A stretch of 62,222 nt of DNA, counting the filler, from Asterionella formosa (Eukaryota), in the NCBI GenBank assembly GCA_002256025.1. It is 17 parts of 17 records of this genome, joined end to end, with 100 filler letters (N's around TTAATTAATTAA, not from the genome) between each part and the next. Parts side by side here need not be neighbours in the genome. Positions count along the whole stretch, not along the records: positions 26,020 to 56,230 come from NKIB01000899.1; positions 56,331 to 58,228 come from NKIB01000900.1; positions 58,329 to 60,226 come from NKIB01000901.1; positions 60,327 to 62,222 come from NKIB01000903.1; 13 more parts are not named here. One strand, 5' to 3'. The notes under the pieces are model-generated. The model saw nothing but the letters and a program-made list of their open reading frames with translations. It was not told the origin of the DNA and ran no database searches. Every line of letters starts with the position of its first letter. Within the stretch, counting starts at the first letter, position 1. The position numbers and the translations under genes are program-made. Positions 51,001 through 62,222 of this stretch are shown here, piece after piece.

Positions 51001-51543
51001 ACGAAATATCTTTTTCCTAAATATAAAATATAAATAGGCTACTAAATGATAAATACCGGTATTTATGCTCCGTACTGGACTGGCCTGTACTCTGTACCTG
51101 GTACCAGGTACGTACTGTACCAGCCATCTGCCATCAGGTATCTACCTGTATCTTGTACTGTCCTGCGTACCAAAGTAAACCACGTAGAAGTCAGTACTAG
51201 ATACGGTGCTGGATGTCCGACTCGTCTACAAGCAGAAGAGGAACCTCGCAGTCATGTGTGTACTGGAATAAATGAATAAATGAAAGTACCATGTACCTGG
51301 TACCTGGTACCAGATACCGGTACACAGGTGACGTACCATCAGATAGCTAAAATAATAAGCAATTGTGAACAATAACAAATCCTCCCCGTCCTCTGCCTAT
51401 TACGGTACCTGGTAGTTAGTTTTATAAAGATTTCATCAGACTTCGCTGTTGAGCAGACCACTTCCCACAGTACCGGTACACCTGTTACTCGCCTCCTCAT
51501 AGCATCGCTACAACTGTCAACGTCCCTTTCGAGAAATTTCAGA

Positions 51544-54222
51544 ATGGACAACAACGAGGCCATCAATAATGGCTCTTCTTTAATGGCCCCCCTTGAAATA
51601 GAAGAAGAAATGCTTTCCTTGTTTGAAGAAACCGCTGGAAGCATGAACGTTGTATCCAAGCTACGATTCCGAAAGAAATCGTCAAAGCAAGCAGAGGTAG
51701 ACGGAGGATCTACTGGATTTCGAGGCTTGCTTCGAACGAAGACAGCCTACATACTGAGAAACGTCGCGATTCTCGCTTGTCTCTGTTTACTGGTTGCCTT
51801 GGCGACTCAGTTCATGCGTTCTACCGTCGAGCATCTAAGTGAAGAGGACCAGCTAGAGAAGGACCCAAGAGGTCCACATCAGTCTTCTTTCGGGGGCTCT
51901 CAAAATCTAGCAACCCTAGAAGGTGAAAAAGCACACAATACGCATTCGGAAACGGACATTCATGACTCCGTTGAGCTCCCAATGGACAATATCGGGCAGA
52001 AAGTCCCGTCCATTTCGTGGGAGAATGAAAATAACCACATTGGTCACTATTGGCATGATCCACACCGATCCCCGTGGTCGTCTCATCTATACGACCGAAA
52101 TCAAACACAACTCGACCAAGAACAATCCGATTTTCTGAACAAACAGAATGAAACCAAAGCTAAGTACGGTAGTTGGGATCTTGTTGATCCCTACTTCGCG
52201 AAGAATGGCAAGAATCGGCCTCTTTTTAGCTTTGCACCTTACAAGAACAGTGATGCTCCAACTGAACGTTTTGTAGAGTTCAATTGGCAAAACGATAAAG
52301 AGTACGTTGGAATGCTCATTGACGAAGCCAAGAAACTAATTGACAGGGTCAAAGAAGGCATCTATGAACAATATGGTCATCCCAAAAATGTTTCTGGTGG
52401 TTTTACACCATCAAATGTAACGCTAAATGAAAGGTCAAAGCTTTTCGGGGTCATCACACAAGACTATGACGTGAACGCGGACGGAGAAGCCGTCGATCTC
52501 AAGTCCAAGGAGAAGCTTCAAGGTGTTGCCTACCTCAATGAAAACGGCTGGGAGGCACTCCAGCGCAAGCTTTTGCATGCCATGATTACTAAAGGCGATT
52601 TCTATGTAGTCCTAGTAGGTGATGCAAATGCAGCAGGTCACGGAAATAACTTTTTGCAGTCGAGTATCATGAGCTTTCATTATCTCATGGAACCAGTCTT
52701 GGATTTCCTCGGGATTCACCTAGTTTCTAGGAACATGGCCATGAAGGATACTCCTACCATCCTTTCTGCTTTGGCTGGTTCAGATATATATGGGGAAGCA
52801 GATATATTGCTATATTCATCCAAATCTGCGGAATCTGCCGGATCACTGGACCTTTTGTACAAACAGTCTGTCATGAGCGGAGAGACGGTTCCTATCATAC
52901 TGACAAGCTGGCCAGGAAATTTTATGAACGAGTCCAATGGAACGGCGTGGTTGGGAAACTTGCAGCCTGGACGTGAGGTTTGCGGTACTCAGAGTCAAGG
53001 ACCATGCAATTTTGATGCTTTCAATAGTGTATGTTGGGTTGATAGGATTGATGTTAATATTACAACACCGCAGGAACAAGAGATTTCTGCGGAGACTTAC
53101 GATGGGTATCGCGTGCATCAACTAGAAGGTAACAAGTTGGCTCTACTTGTTCTCAATGCGATAGACGCTGCCCTCAATAATTGGGTGAGAGGGATTGAAT
53201 CAGATGGCTTTCCTTTGAATAGCAAACATTGGCATGTTGAAAATGTCTATGATGGAATTCGTGAGTCGGTTAGAACATTGAAAGGAGGCGAACAGGAGCT
53301 ATCTGAATGTGAAAAAATGATGGGTGATCTTCGAATCATTTGTCGAATTGAGATGCATGGGTTCAGTGAGTTTACACCTCGAATTGTTCCCTACAGGACT
53401 TCGCTGGAAGAAATTCTCCATGTTGATATGGACTTATCCTACAACTACAAATCACAAACGTACGACGGATTCGATCTACTGCCTTTGAGTTGGAAAGTAC
53501 CAAGCGACCAGGTCGATGTTCATGCAATCGCTATTGCCACTTCTGCCCCACCGCCAAAAGAGCACGACTATTCAACCGCTGACGACGACTTGGGCTGGCC
53601 TAGCGACGATGACGACTTAGACAATGACATGATGCGCATACTCTACGATGAAAAGATAAGGTGGCGAAGGGCCTCTGAAGCAGCGACAAACACATTCGCC
53701 CCAACAAAAGTCGGGGTGGTGCCTGGTAAAGGCTGGGCTTTTCTTAATCGAGTGTCAGGTTTTTGTGACGGTTCTGCGCAGTCAACGTGTGGTCGCGGCC
53801 CCGAAAACTCGTGTCTCCTTGCCGGTCACAACAGCCACCATTCTGGGATCATTGGCAATGGCCTTAGTGGTTGGTTAGTAATGAATGTCAAAAATGTAAA
53901 GGAAGGAATCGTTTTGGTTCGTTTAGATGTCGATGTCGATCCAAATTCAGAGAATGAAGGCCGAAACCGAGAACTTTTACCTCAGGACTTTCAGTTCGAT
54001 TTCGCTATCAATGGCAATGTGACGACGTGGTCATCAACAGAATTCAAGGAGGCAGGGTTCGAGGTCACAGAAGGTGTGATAATTTACTCTCTCATGATGG
54101 ACAAAGAAAAGTATTTACGAGAGAAGAACGACGGCGATGATGGGACAACGGTTGAGGTAGCAATCCGCATGAGGAGTGCGCTAGCCGTCACCATGGCATT
54201 GACTCACCTTTTCTACGCCTAG
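51544..54222 (+). CDS. 892-aa type II membrane protein with SGNH/GDSL-like lumenal domain (diatom-type family)
   Basis: Single TM near residues 70-90; RKLLHAMIT..FYVVLVGDANAAGHGNNFLQS, SRNMAM, IYGE.D, GFCDGS...C.R....CLL.GHN; intronless. Confidence 0.8.
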   Translation: MDNNEAINNGSSLMAPLEIEEEMLSLFEETAGSMNVVSKLRFRKKSSKQAEVDGGSTGFRGLLRTKTAYILRNVAILACLCLLVALATQFMRSTVEHLSEEDQLEKDPRGPHQSSFGGSQNLATLEGEKAHNTHSETDIHDSVELPMDNIGQKVPSISWENENNHIGHYWHDPHRSPWSSHLYDRNQTQLDQEQSDFLNKQNETKAKYGSWDLVDPYFAKNGKNRPLFSFAPYKNSDAPTERFVEFNWQNDKEYVGMLIDEAKKLIDRVKEGIYEQYGHPKNVSGGFTPSNVTLNERSKLFGVITQDYDVNADGEAVDLKSKEKLQGVAYLNENGWEALQRKLLHAMITKGDFYVVLVGDANAAGHGNNFLQSSIMSFHYLMEPVLDFLGIHLVSRNMAMKDTPTILSALAGSDIYGEADILLYSSKSAESAGSLDLLYKQSVMSGETVPIILTSWPGNFMNESNGTAWLGNLQPGREVCGTQSQGPCNFDAFNSVCWVDRIDVNITTPQEQEISAETYDGYRVHQLEGNKLALLVLNAIDAALNNWVRGIESDGFPLNSKHWHVENVYDGIRESVRTLKGGEQELSECEKMMGDLRIICRIEMHGFSEFTPRIVPYRTSLEEILHVDMDLSYNYKSQTYDGFDLLPLSWKVPSDQVDVHAIAIATSAPPPKEHDYSTADDDLGWPSDDDDLDNDMMRILYDEKIRWRRASEAATNTFAPTKVGVVPGKGWAFLNRVSGFCDGSAQSTCGRGPENSCLLAGHNSHHSGIIGNGLSGWLVMNVKNVKEGIVLVRLDVDVDPNSENEGRNRELLPQDFQFDFAINGNVTTWSSTEFKEAGFEVTEGVIIYSLMMDKEKYLREKNDGDDGTTVEVAIRMRSALAVTMALTHLFYA

Positions 54223-54626
54223 GAGCTGAATGTATCCACAGTTTCAATAAGGATCCTGCTCGGCCGCGGTATGTTAGTAGCAGAAATATCTTGAATCGCG
54301 CAAGCCGCTGGATTGCCATCATGTTGTGTAAATAAGTTTGACGTGTCCGAAAGGTCTCCAACGAAGGATGATGACAATCCAACCACCAAAGCTTGCTGTT
54401 CCGACAGTGATTCAAAAATGATCATACTTGGCCTGAGACAAGGTCCGTGAAATATCAAGTCGACATCTATGTGTCTGCTGTAAATCGGGTGTCACAAAAG
54501 TTTCTTCATTCATGTAGACACCTTCTTATGATAACTATCTCTTATCTTAGCTATGCACACAATGCACTTCATGTTTCCTTTGTGACAGGTGATCGGAAAA
54601 TTTAATTACTAAACTGATGAATTTCT

Positions 54627-55241
54627 TTAGGTATCAAGAGAAAAAACTACAGCAACTTCCTTTCCTTTACCCAAACAGGATGGCTTGTCTCCCATGATGA
54701 TTGGCATCGTCACGTTAGCGAATATTCGAATCCTCGCAGTCATCGCGTTCGACATGAAGGTATCCATTGTGTCTTTGCTCATCAAAGATAGTTGACGCGG
54801 GTTGTCGACATCATCATGCATCGATTCCAATTGACGCAGTTTGTCTTTATTGTCGACAGTGCAAAGCTTGCAAGCGTACAGTGCCGTTCCGGCGTACACA
54901 ACTTTGTATACAATAGCCAGACGTCGCTCGTCCTCTAGCAGTGCACTTCGTCGAAGCATCCTGTTCGTAGCATTCCATATTTCCACAAGATCAGGCGATT
55001 TAACAATATCTCGTTCAGCAATATGACAGTATCGCGCGGCGTTCACAATGAGAGAAATTCTCAAATGCACTCGCAGCGCTAACACCTCATCATGTGTACA
55101 TGACGGAGGTGGTGGCTGTTCGGGTGTTCCCACCGAAATGTGGAAAGGAATCTCGATTTGAGACGAAACGGTTAGCCAAAGGCTAGCTGTGGTAACGATA
55201 AACAAGTAGCACAACATGATAATCCCGACACTGACAAGCAA
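54627..55241 (-). CDS. Hypothetical secreted or membrane-anchored protein
   Basis: 204-aa ORF with hydrophobic N-terminus and RRL/C..C..DN.D features seen in diatom secreted proteins; start uncertain. Confidence 0.55.
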   Translation of the reverse strand: MLVSVGIIMLCYLFIVTTASLWLTVSSQIEIPFHISVGTPEQPPPPSCTHDEVLALRVHLRISLIVNAARYCHIAERDIVKSPDLVEIWNATNRMLRRSALLEDERRLAIVYKVVYAGTALYACKLCTVDNKDKLRQLESMHDDVDNPRQLSLMSKDTMDTFMSNAMTARIRIFANVTMPIIMGDKPSCLGKGKEVAVVFSLDT

Positions 55242-55949
55242 GGGATTTTATGGGGCGTCCCGACTTTTCCCCCAAGCGCGTCTGTGGTTTGGCTTTCGTG
55301 ATTTAACATTTTCTTAAGACACCGGGACATAAGCCCTTCCGCATATATGTGTGCCAATCATGTCGATTACAGGGGACAATAGTAGTTGGACATAAAGATA
55401 TTCTGATGTCGCAAATACAAGGGTATCAAATTGTGAGAATTTGTTGACGCTTTGATAGAAATCAGGGATAAATGATTTACAACAATGCCCGTTGTTGATC
55501 ACGAACACGTTGTGACCTTCCCACGAGTTTTTAAATAATATATAATACTGGTATATCCATATATATATAAATTTAATAACTCCTTCTTCCGACTAAATTA
55601 GCGAAGTGGCACTTACACGTCGCGAGCTCTGTTCTTTTCCAAAATATTTTTTTGATGGATTTCAAACCACACAGTACGTACAACTACTGGGCGCGCTCTG
55701 ATAATAAAAAATTATTATATCATGTGTGTATTAGTATAACACAAATTATTCTGGTGATCTGCTACATAATATCGTCCTTGCGCTCTGATAATAGAGATAT
55801 TTTAGATTACTTCTCTGACATTATATATTTTTTTAACTTTAATTTTCAACAGTTAAATTTTCATATCGATGCATCCTCTTGTATGCTATGCCGCCTCTTG
55901 TTCATTATATGCATGATTTCTATATATTCATCATCGTTGGTCACTGACC

Positions 55950-56230
55950 ATGTCGACTTTCATCTCATCTCCTGATGATGATGATGACATTATGATCACA
56001 TTGCTACTGTTTGCAATGTGCTATCCACCAGTAAATAGGACGCCATCGTTCAGGGAAAGTTTGACTTTTGATGAGGTCAGAAGAAGAAGTGGCAAAATCC
56101 ATTGCCACGCACTACAGCATCCATTATCGAGTCCATTCTGGACTTTGTTCAACAGCAAGCATGATGATGCTCTGATTACCTTGTGTGGGTTTGACCATGC
56201 TTCTTTCGAGCTCCTACACCAGCTGTTCAA
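55950..56230 (+). mobile_element. N-terminus of a Harbinger/DDE_Tnp_4-type transposase (truncated)
   Basis: RRRSGKI...ALQHPLSSPFWTLFNSKHDDALITLCGFDHASFELL matches the stramenopile SPW..L..S..D.A.IT.TG.D..SF pattern. Confidence 0.6.
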
Positions 56231-56330
56231 NNNNNNNNNNNNNNNNNNNNNNNNNNNNNNNNNNNNNNNNNNNNTTAATTAATTAANNNNNNNNNNNNNN
56301 NNNNNNNNNNNNNNNNNNNNNNNNNNNNNN

Positions 56331-57254
56331 GCGATTGTACTTCATCGAGCGAAAGTGGAAATGTGGGATCATTCTCATCCAATGAGGCAGTCCACATTAT
56401 TTCGAGTTGCTGAGGTTGGGCTTGAGTTTGCCAGCAACCACACACGGGTCCTATATCCATGGGACCCAGAATCTTCTATTCTGGTATTCACAGGGATACC
56501 TCCTCATGTTGCACTATTGCAAGAAGTGCAGGGGCTGCAGCGCTTAATCTTAGGTCTTGTAGATCAGTTTGATGAGAGACTTACAAAACAACTTGACCAG
56601 AGACAAATAAATGGTGGAATGTTGGGTGATACCAGAATGATTGACCTAATTCGTCAAGGGACCAGTGACCTTAGGGCAGCTGTTGCAGCAGCTGGGCAAA
56701 ATTCATTACATTCAGGAGCAGAACTTGCGGTTATTAATGGAGGACCTGGAATTACTGGTAGAGATGGCACTACTATGATTGCACCAAAGCGGTTTACACT
56801 ACATATGTATGGTGGGCAATTCCATGTTCTACCCCAGACATGGAGGTTACCAATGAGTCTTGGTCCCTTAGACTTGTGGATGCAATGGTGGTTGGGAGAT
56901 GTGAGGAATGATGTTCCTCCCCTTAAGATTTTGCAAGGAAGAGATGTCTACCATCTAGATTTCATAATGGCAGAGGAGGGTCGTGGTACTAGAAAGGCTC
57001 GCAAAATTCTGTGTGACATAAGATTCTTGATGGTATACTTAGAGAACAAAGTCAGGGCTACTGGAAAGTGGGTTGAAACTCATACAGTGTCCTCAGTTCT
57101 GGCAATGTATTATGAAGTAGTAGAAACTCTGGTGGTAAATGATGGTAACAATCAGCATCATATACGCCGCCATCCTCAGTTAAGATGGCAGACATTGGTG
57201 TTGATCCTTCGCAAGCAAGAAAAGCATTTATCCATGGGCATGCTAGAAGAATAG
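56331..57254 (+). mobile_element. C-terminal part of a Crypton-like (CryptonS-type) tyrosine recombinase protein
   Basis: TGIPPHV, then GGQFHVLPQTWRLP..LDLWMQWWLGD...VPPLKIL (GCR1_C-like); catalytic residues not in the contig. Confidence 0.65.
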
Positions 57255-57842
57255 TGTATGATTTTTTACCATTACTTAAGTCCAAATACAGGTATTTCAG
57301 TACCATCTTTAATCTGACCAGCCACAGTGCATCAGCCATACATAATATACCTATATCAGTATGCAGGTGAGACATGCATCATGCCAGCCGCTAAATACCG
57401 GGATATCCGCTACCGGTAAAGATGTGATGCTCATTTTCGACATCATGCATAACATCCAAGCTGATTCTGGATTCCGTTTTTCCATATACTCGTGTGTAGA
57501 ATTCGTCGTATGTAGCTACCTGGTACAAACGGAACACACCGACCTCAGTGTCCGGTAAAATGGTTGTGCAACTCAATGTCAGTAGCGCAGCACTACCGGT
57601 AAACCTGGTACCGGTACCTGGTTTCCAGGTAACATACCTGTACTCCGGTACCTGGTAAAAGGGGTACTCACCTGGTACCAGGGTACCGTGCAGGAGGTAG
57701 AGGCATGTACGGGTGTTATGTACTGTAGTCACCACTGTAAATTCTTGTTCTGACTCCTCCATCACTCATACAAATAGGAAAGTCACAATCACCATACCAC
57801 AACAACTTATTCTTCACAACAACTTGTGCCTTTGACAACAAG

Positions 57843-58228
57843 AATGCCTGGAGGCCGTAGACATCCTGCATTTTGTTCTAAAGGGAGGACAGATGAACCT
57901 GTTGTAGTAATTGGAGGCAATATTGATGTCCATGATGAGCACTTGGGTCAAATTCAAGAGACAGAAGATAACAGGCGAAAGCTGAAAACAAAACAGGAGC
58001 ACCGCAACAGATTGAAGGTAATAATTCAATGGTTGAAAGATCAATACCCTCAGTATACTGCATTAGGTGGAGTTATTTCAATTTCTCAAGAGCATGCAAG
58101 AAACCCAAATTTTTTCCGACACACAAACACAGAAGACTTAAAGTACAATGGGATCAATGTCACTCTCATCAAAGCATTTCTTAGCTCTGCGAAGCGAAAA
58201 TCAAATGGAAAAATATGCTCATTTTCAA
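57843..58228 (+). mobile_element. N-terminus of a Crypton-like tyrosine recombinase protein (truncated)
   Basis: TKQEHRNRLKVIIQWLKDQYP...DLKYNGINVTLIKAFLSSAKRKSNGKICSFS resembles N-termini of diatom Crypton-like proteins. Confidence 0.55.
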
Positions 58229-58328
58229 NNNNNNNNNNNNNNNNNNNNNNNNNNNNNNNNNNNNNNNNNNNNTTAATTAATTAANNNNNNNNNNNNNNNN
58301 NNNNNNNNNNNNNNNNNNNNNNNNNNNN

Positions 58329-60194
58329 TTTCATTAAACCATACTTCTCCCCATTCTGGAAGATCAGCCTTCATATTAGTTACCATGGATCCACCATTTG
58401 TGGCCAGGTGCATGCTTCTGTTTTTTGACATTCGAATGTTATTAACCATTTTTGGGTTGCATAAGACTGTGACACTTGATTGATTATCCAATAGTATCCA
58501 GTCAGGCATCTCAGATGCTTGGTAAAATTGTAGTTTCATATGAGCTCCCGTCCATCCAAATTGATTGGCATTTGCTTGTTGTGAAGCTTGTGATGACGGC
58601 GGGTTGTTGGAATTAACAGAGGTAACTGTACTCGTGTCGCATGTATTAGCCTGTGCCTGTGCATGGCTTTGGGCCTTGTTGATAGCCCATTCCTCTTTGG
58701 GTTTATTCTTGTCTCGGCACGAAGGAGATTTGTGAACTGCTTTTCCGCAGCAGTAACATTTTCCTTCTAACTGTGCAAACGATAAGTTCACATCTTCGTC
58801 TTCCTTGCCTGCATCCTTTTGTTTCCTCTCTTTATCATTATCTCCTGGTTTCTTGTAGTTGTATTTATTTGTTACATCAAACCGATGGTTGCTGAGAACA
58901 TTATTTGATTCGGTGATTGTCTTCGGGTATTGATCATTGCCAAGTGATTGCTGAGTGTTCAGCCCGGTCATAATTGAACCATATTTAGCTTTATCGGCTA
59001 TTATCGAGATATAAATATGCCATAAATTGACTGAAAGCTTGTTCGTGAAATTTATCTCATTGCTTGATGTTGTTCTCATTGTATCCTTCCATGGCTTCAT
59101 TGAACTTGGTGAGGATAATGGGTCCTCCCATGTGTGACTTGAGCACATCTCGTGCCACACGAAATCTCTTGGTGTAGTCTTGTAGACTTTCTCCTTCCTT
59201 TTGCTTTGTGAATAAAAGTGTTCTCATCGCATCTAAAATGATCGACATTGAATATCGATTCTCTTGAAAATTTAATGCGTGTTCTTTAATTGCCATAAGC
59301 AATGTTATTGGGTTATTTTTGATCCTATTGTAATCGGATCTCGCTTCAATCTTGTTCTTCATGGCTTTGTTGCATCTTTCCCAGAGCAACGCATATGCCT
59401 TGGTATTATTATTTTCATAGGCCTGTACCCTTTTACTGTAGGTGTCATAGTCAGCCTTAAACTCGATCTCAAACTGCCGATTCTCTGCGGCGCGATCTTC
59501 TTCTGTTGTTGCCATGCTCACTTGCATTCTTGGCTTCCATACCGATGTGTTGATTGGTTCTAATGACTTGAGTGCGCTTCCAATGTCGCTGCCATAATCA
59601 AACACTTTCTTGATGTAGTTGATGAGATACTCAGTAGTAGTCTCATAGTCAGATGCCTGCTTCGATGATCCGAGGTAGTAGTTATAGTCATTGACTGACT
59701 TCTTGATTGACTGAGAAGCAATATTGCTCCCTCCCTTGGCTTGAAACTTACCCTTGGCAAGAGCCTTCTTGGTAAACTTTCCTTTGCCACTCATGATGCG
59801 CCCTGTGCGACTTCTTCAGACTCTGGATGGTCTGGTACCCTCAGATCTTGTCTCCGGACTCTCAATTGTCCGCCTGTTGTTGATTGTGGTATCACGGCTC
59901 TTCCTGAAAGGGCTAATTCTATTAAAACTGTTGAAATTGCGTCCCGAAGCACTCTATGCTTTCTTGTATCCTGTAAGGACACGTCAGGGACCAAATAGGC
60001 TGTAGATATAACAACGATGTCTCCGCGATCGATTGTAATCGTTCCTAAGAGTTTTAATAGAATTATGGGTTTTTACTGTTGGCGTAGATTGTTTTCGATT
60101 TCTCTGGTACCATATTCTTTCTTGATTCATTCGATTCAATATGTAGTAGGTAATTTATACCGGGATTTTCTTTCCTAAAATATTTTCTCCAACA
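58329..60194 (-). mobile_element. 5' part (LTR, PBS, gag, protease) of the same copia family as 41592-47126
   Basis: LTR 59929-60194; gag ATG 59794; TGA at 59057 and a frameshift near 58999; CYCCGKAVHKSPSC; WILLDNQS. Confidence 0.95.
59914..59928 (-). promoter_or_regulatory. Non-tRNA primer-binding site, 15/15 complementary to LTR-internal site 60051-60065
   Basis: Minus strand GTTTTAATAGAATTA directly after the LTR end CAACA; the LTR carries TAATTCTATTAAAAC on the same strand. Confidence 0.7.
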
Positions 60195-60327
60195 AAGGGG
60201 GCTTCGTCGGGATAGACGTGGCTAAANNNNNNNNNNNNNNNNNNNNNNNNNNNNNNNNNNNNNNNNNNNNTTAATTAATTAANNNNNNNNNNNNNNNNNN
60301 NNNNNNNNNNNNNNNNNNNNNNNNNNT

Positions 60328-62222
60328 TGACAAATAGGTACCTACGGGAAAAGGAAGCAATGCTTTCAGCATCATCAATCTAGCTATACACAAGCCTGCG
60401 CCACCTGATGTCGTCAATATAGCTACCTCGACTTCATCAATGAAGAAGTCAATAGGTGGAGCATGTGAGGAAAATCGGGGTTGAGGTTTTCTTGACGCCA
60501 ACGTGGACCTGCTTGGCTGAACTCCTTGCAGATGAAGGCATTGAGTAACCTGGGCCTGTGAAGCCAAAGGATGAAGAAAAATCTACGACAAGGGTGGTGA
60601 GATAGTGTTTAGGAGGAGGGGGGAGCTAAAGATTTCATAGCTGAATGCATTTGAAACTTGTATAGACAATAAATGGTGGAATACCATGGCTGCTCTTGCT
60701 TGGCTGACAGCTGCCAAGTCAAGTACAAACACAACAAGAGAGGGTGCACAAAAGTAAAAAATCAACAGCAGGGCATATATGCTGATGCACTGCTCCTTGT
60801 GTAGACTAGCTACATTTGATCATTTCCATATTTCATACTATACAGGTGCATGGATGACTCCTCCCGCCCTTTCATTAGATATGCAGCCATATTGCGATAA
60901 TTCTACAGGACCTATAGGATTGGTAGTCTGGTGGTCATCATTTCCGCATTGTATATACCAGTAGGAGTCACCATGTATGCATGCATGCTGCGATAATTCT
61001 TACAAGACATAAAAATTTGGTAGCTTGGGGGTTATCACTTCTGGACTGTACACAGGGGGGGAAGGGGTTGCATGCATGAGCATCGAATACTATGGTATAA
61101 AATATGATCTTTAATCAATGAATTTAGATTCGTTTATCCTATAACTTTGATCATAACATATTGATCATATGATGAACGGTCTCGTTGATGAGAAAATGAA
61201 CGATCAACATTTATTTTCAAGGATCAGGATCAATTGATCTTAGAAATATGATCAAATGATCCTAAACAAATGAGCATATTCAGTTTTTCTCTGCACTATT
61301 GTGGTATTTCCATGATGGAAGTAATTACCAGCAATTATACATTACTACCGGTAGGCCATATGAATTTTGGCCAATATGTCTTTTTACATAAATGTATGAT
61401 TTCGACCATTTGAAAAATTTGTGATGACTCCCGTTTATTAAGGGGCTTAATTTAATCAGCCACTGACTTGTAGGTACAAGAATTGACACAACAAAAATTG
61501 AAAAAACTCAACAGGTCGTGGAAAACTATGAACTCATCATGCATTGTATATATTTGAATTATGTATAATCAAAATTGATGAAAGTATACACAGGATGTGC
61601 CGTATAATGAGCGTGTTTCAAACTATGCAAATGTTCAACTTTATATACATTTAAACTTCTTACAAATCTTTATATATATGTATTCATGGCTGAAACATTT
61701 GAAATCATGTTTTCATTTTCCTTGTCATGCATACACTTTGCTCCTGAATTGAAGGATTAACACAGATGATGACGCCGAAAACGAAAGTGATAATACAGCA
61801 CAATGATACTTGCGGCTTAGAAGAGAAGGGCGGAATCAATTGATGGTAAGTCAAGAGCAAATGCCTTTCATGTCGTTCCTTGCCATGCTGCATCCACTTC
61901 CTCAAATGAAGGATCTCAAGCAACACATGATGCGAAAAACTGAAGTGACAATACAGCACGATAAGAATGAGTGAATATGATAGAGAAGGGCGGAATCAAC
62001 AAGCTGTGCATAGCATCACGGTTTGTCAAGAGCAAATGACAAGATGATCAATTTCTGGGATTACAATTACGGAATGACTCGTCCCCTTTCAGTGATTCAA
62101 TAGCTCCTTTTCGATTTGGTGACTGGCCAACCATCAATGGCTGTGGACAAAAGAAATCGGTATGTGCTGCCTATCAGCCATCTTTGGATCAATCCACAAC
62201 TGTTAGAAAAACTGACACATAT
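60328..62222. repeat. Paralogous copy of 38797-40710
   Basis: Colinear; lacks about 39200-39360 and has ~110 extra bp at about 61315-61425. Confidence 0.9.

Noticed and set aside
57590..57690. GGTACC-rich palindromic runs as CRISPR repeats
   Set aside because: No constant repeat-spacer periodicity, no cas genes, eukaryotic context.
1906..60327. Regularly spaced TTAATTAATTAA every ~2 kb as a repeat array, and ORFs ending in ...LIN
   Set aside because: Assembly linker embedded in N-runs; the periodicity reflects size-sorted contigs.

Overview
Eukaryotic DNA, almost certainly a diatom (inferred from CoDi-type copia elements, diatom-style LRR and SGNH-like proteins, and short GT-AG introns). 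The window is artificial: about 16 small contigs of about 1.9 kb plus one of about 30 kb (26020-56230), joined by N-TTAATTAATTAA-N linkers, so adjacency across linkers means nothing. Most of it is transposable elements: three pieces of one Ty1/copia family (one full-length, 41592-47126, with 5-bp TSD TCTTG), other CoDi fragments, a DIRS-like element, a LINE, and PIF/Harbinger, MULE, Mutator-like/Kolobok-like and Crypton-like DNA transposons. Host genes include mitochondrial propionyl-CoA carboxylase alpha, a YeiH/PSE transporter, two LRR proteins, a class-3 lipase and an SGNH-like membrane protein. Three observations stand out. (1) The main copia family has no tRNA-type PBS; its PBS is complementary to a site inside its own LTR, with a compensatory base change between copies, suggesting Tf1-like self-priming. 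(2) Pervasive TA-to-TA(N1-5)TA micro-insertions (TAGCTA, TACCGGTA, TACCWGGTA) look like Tc1/mariner excision footprints and account for two frameshifts. (3) A Crypton tail-to-head junction. All family assignments come from motif recognition, not database searches.
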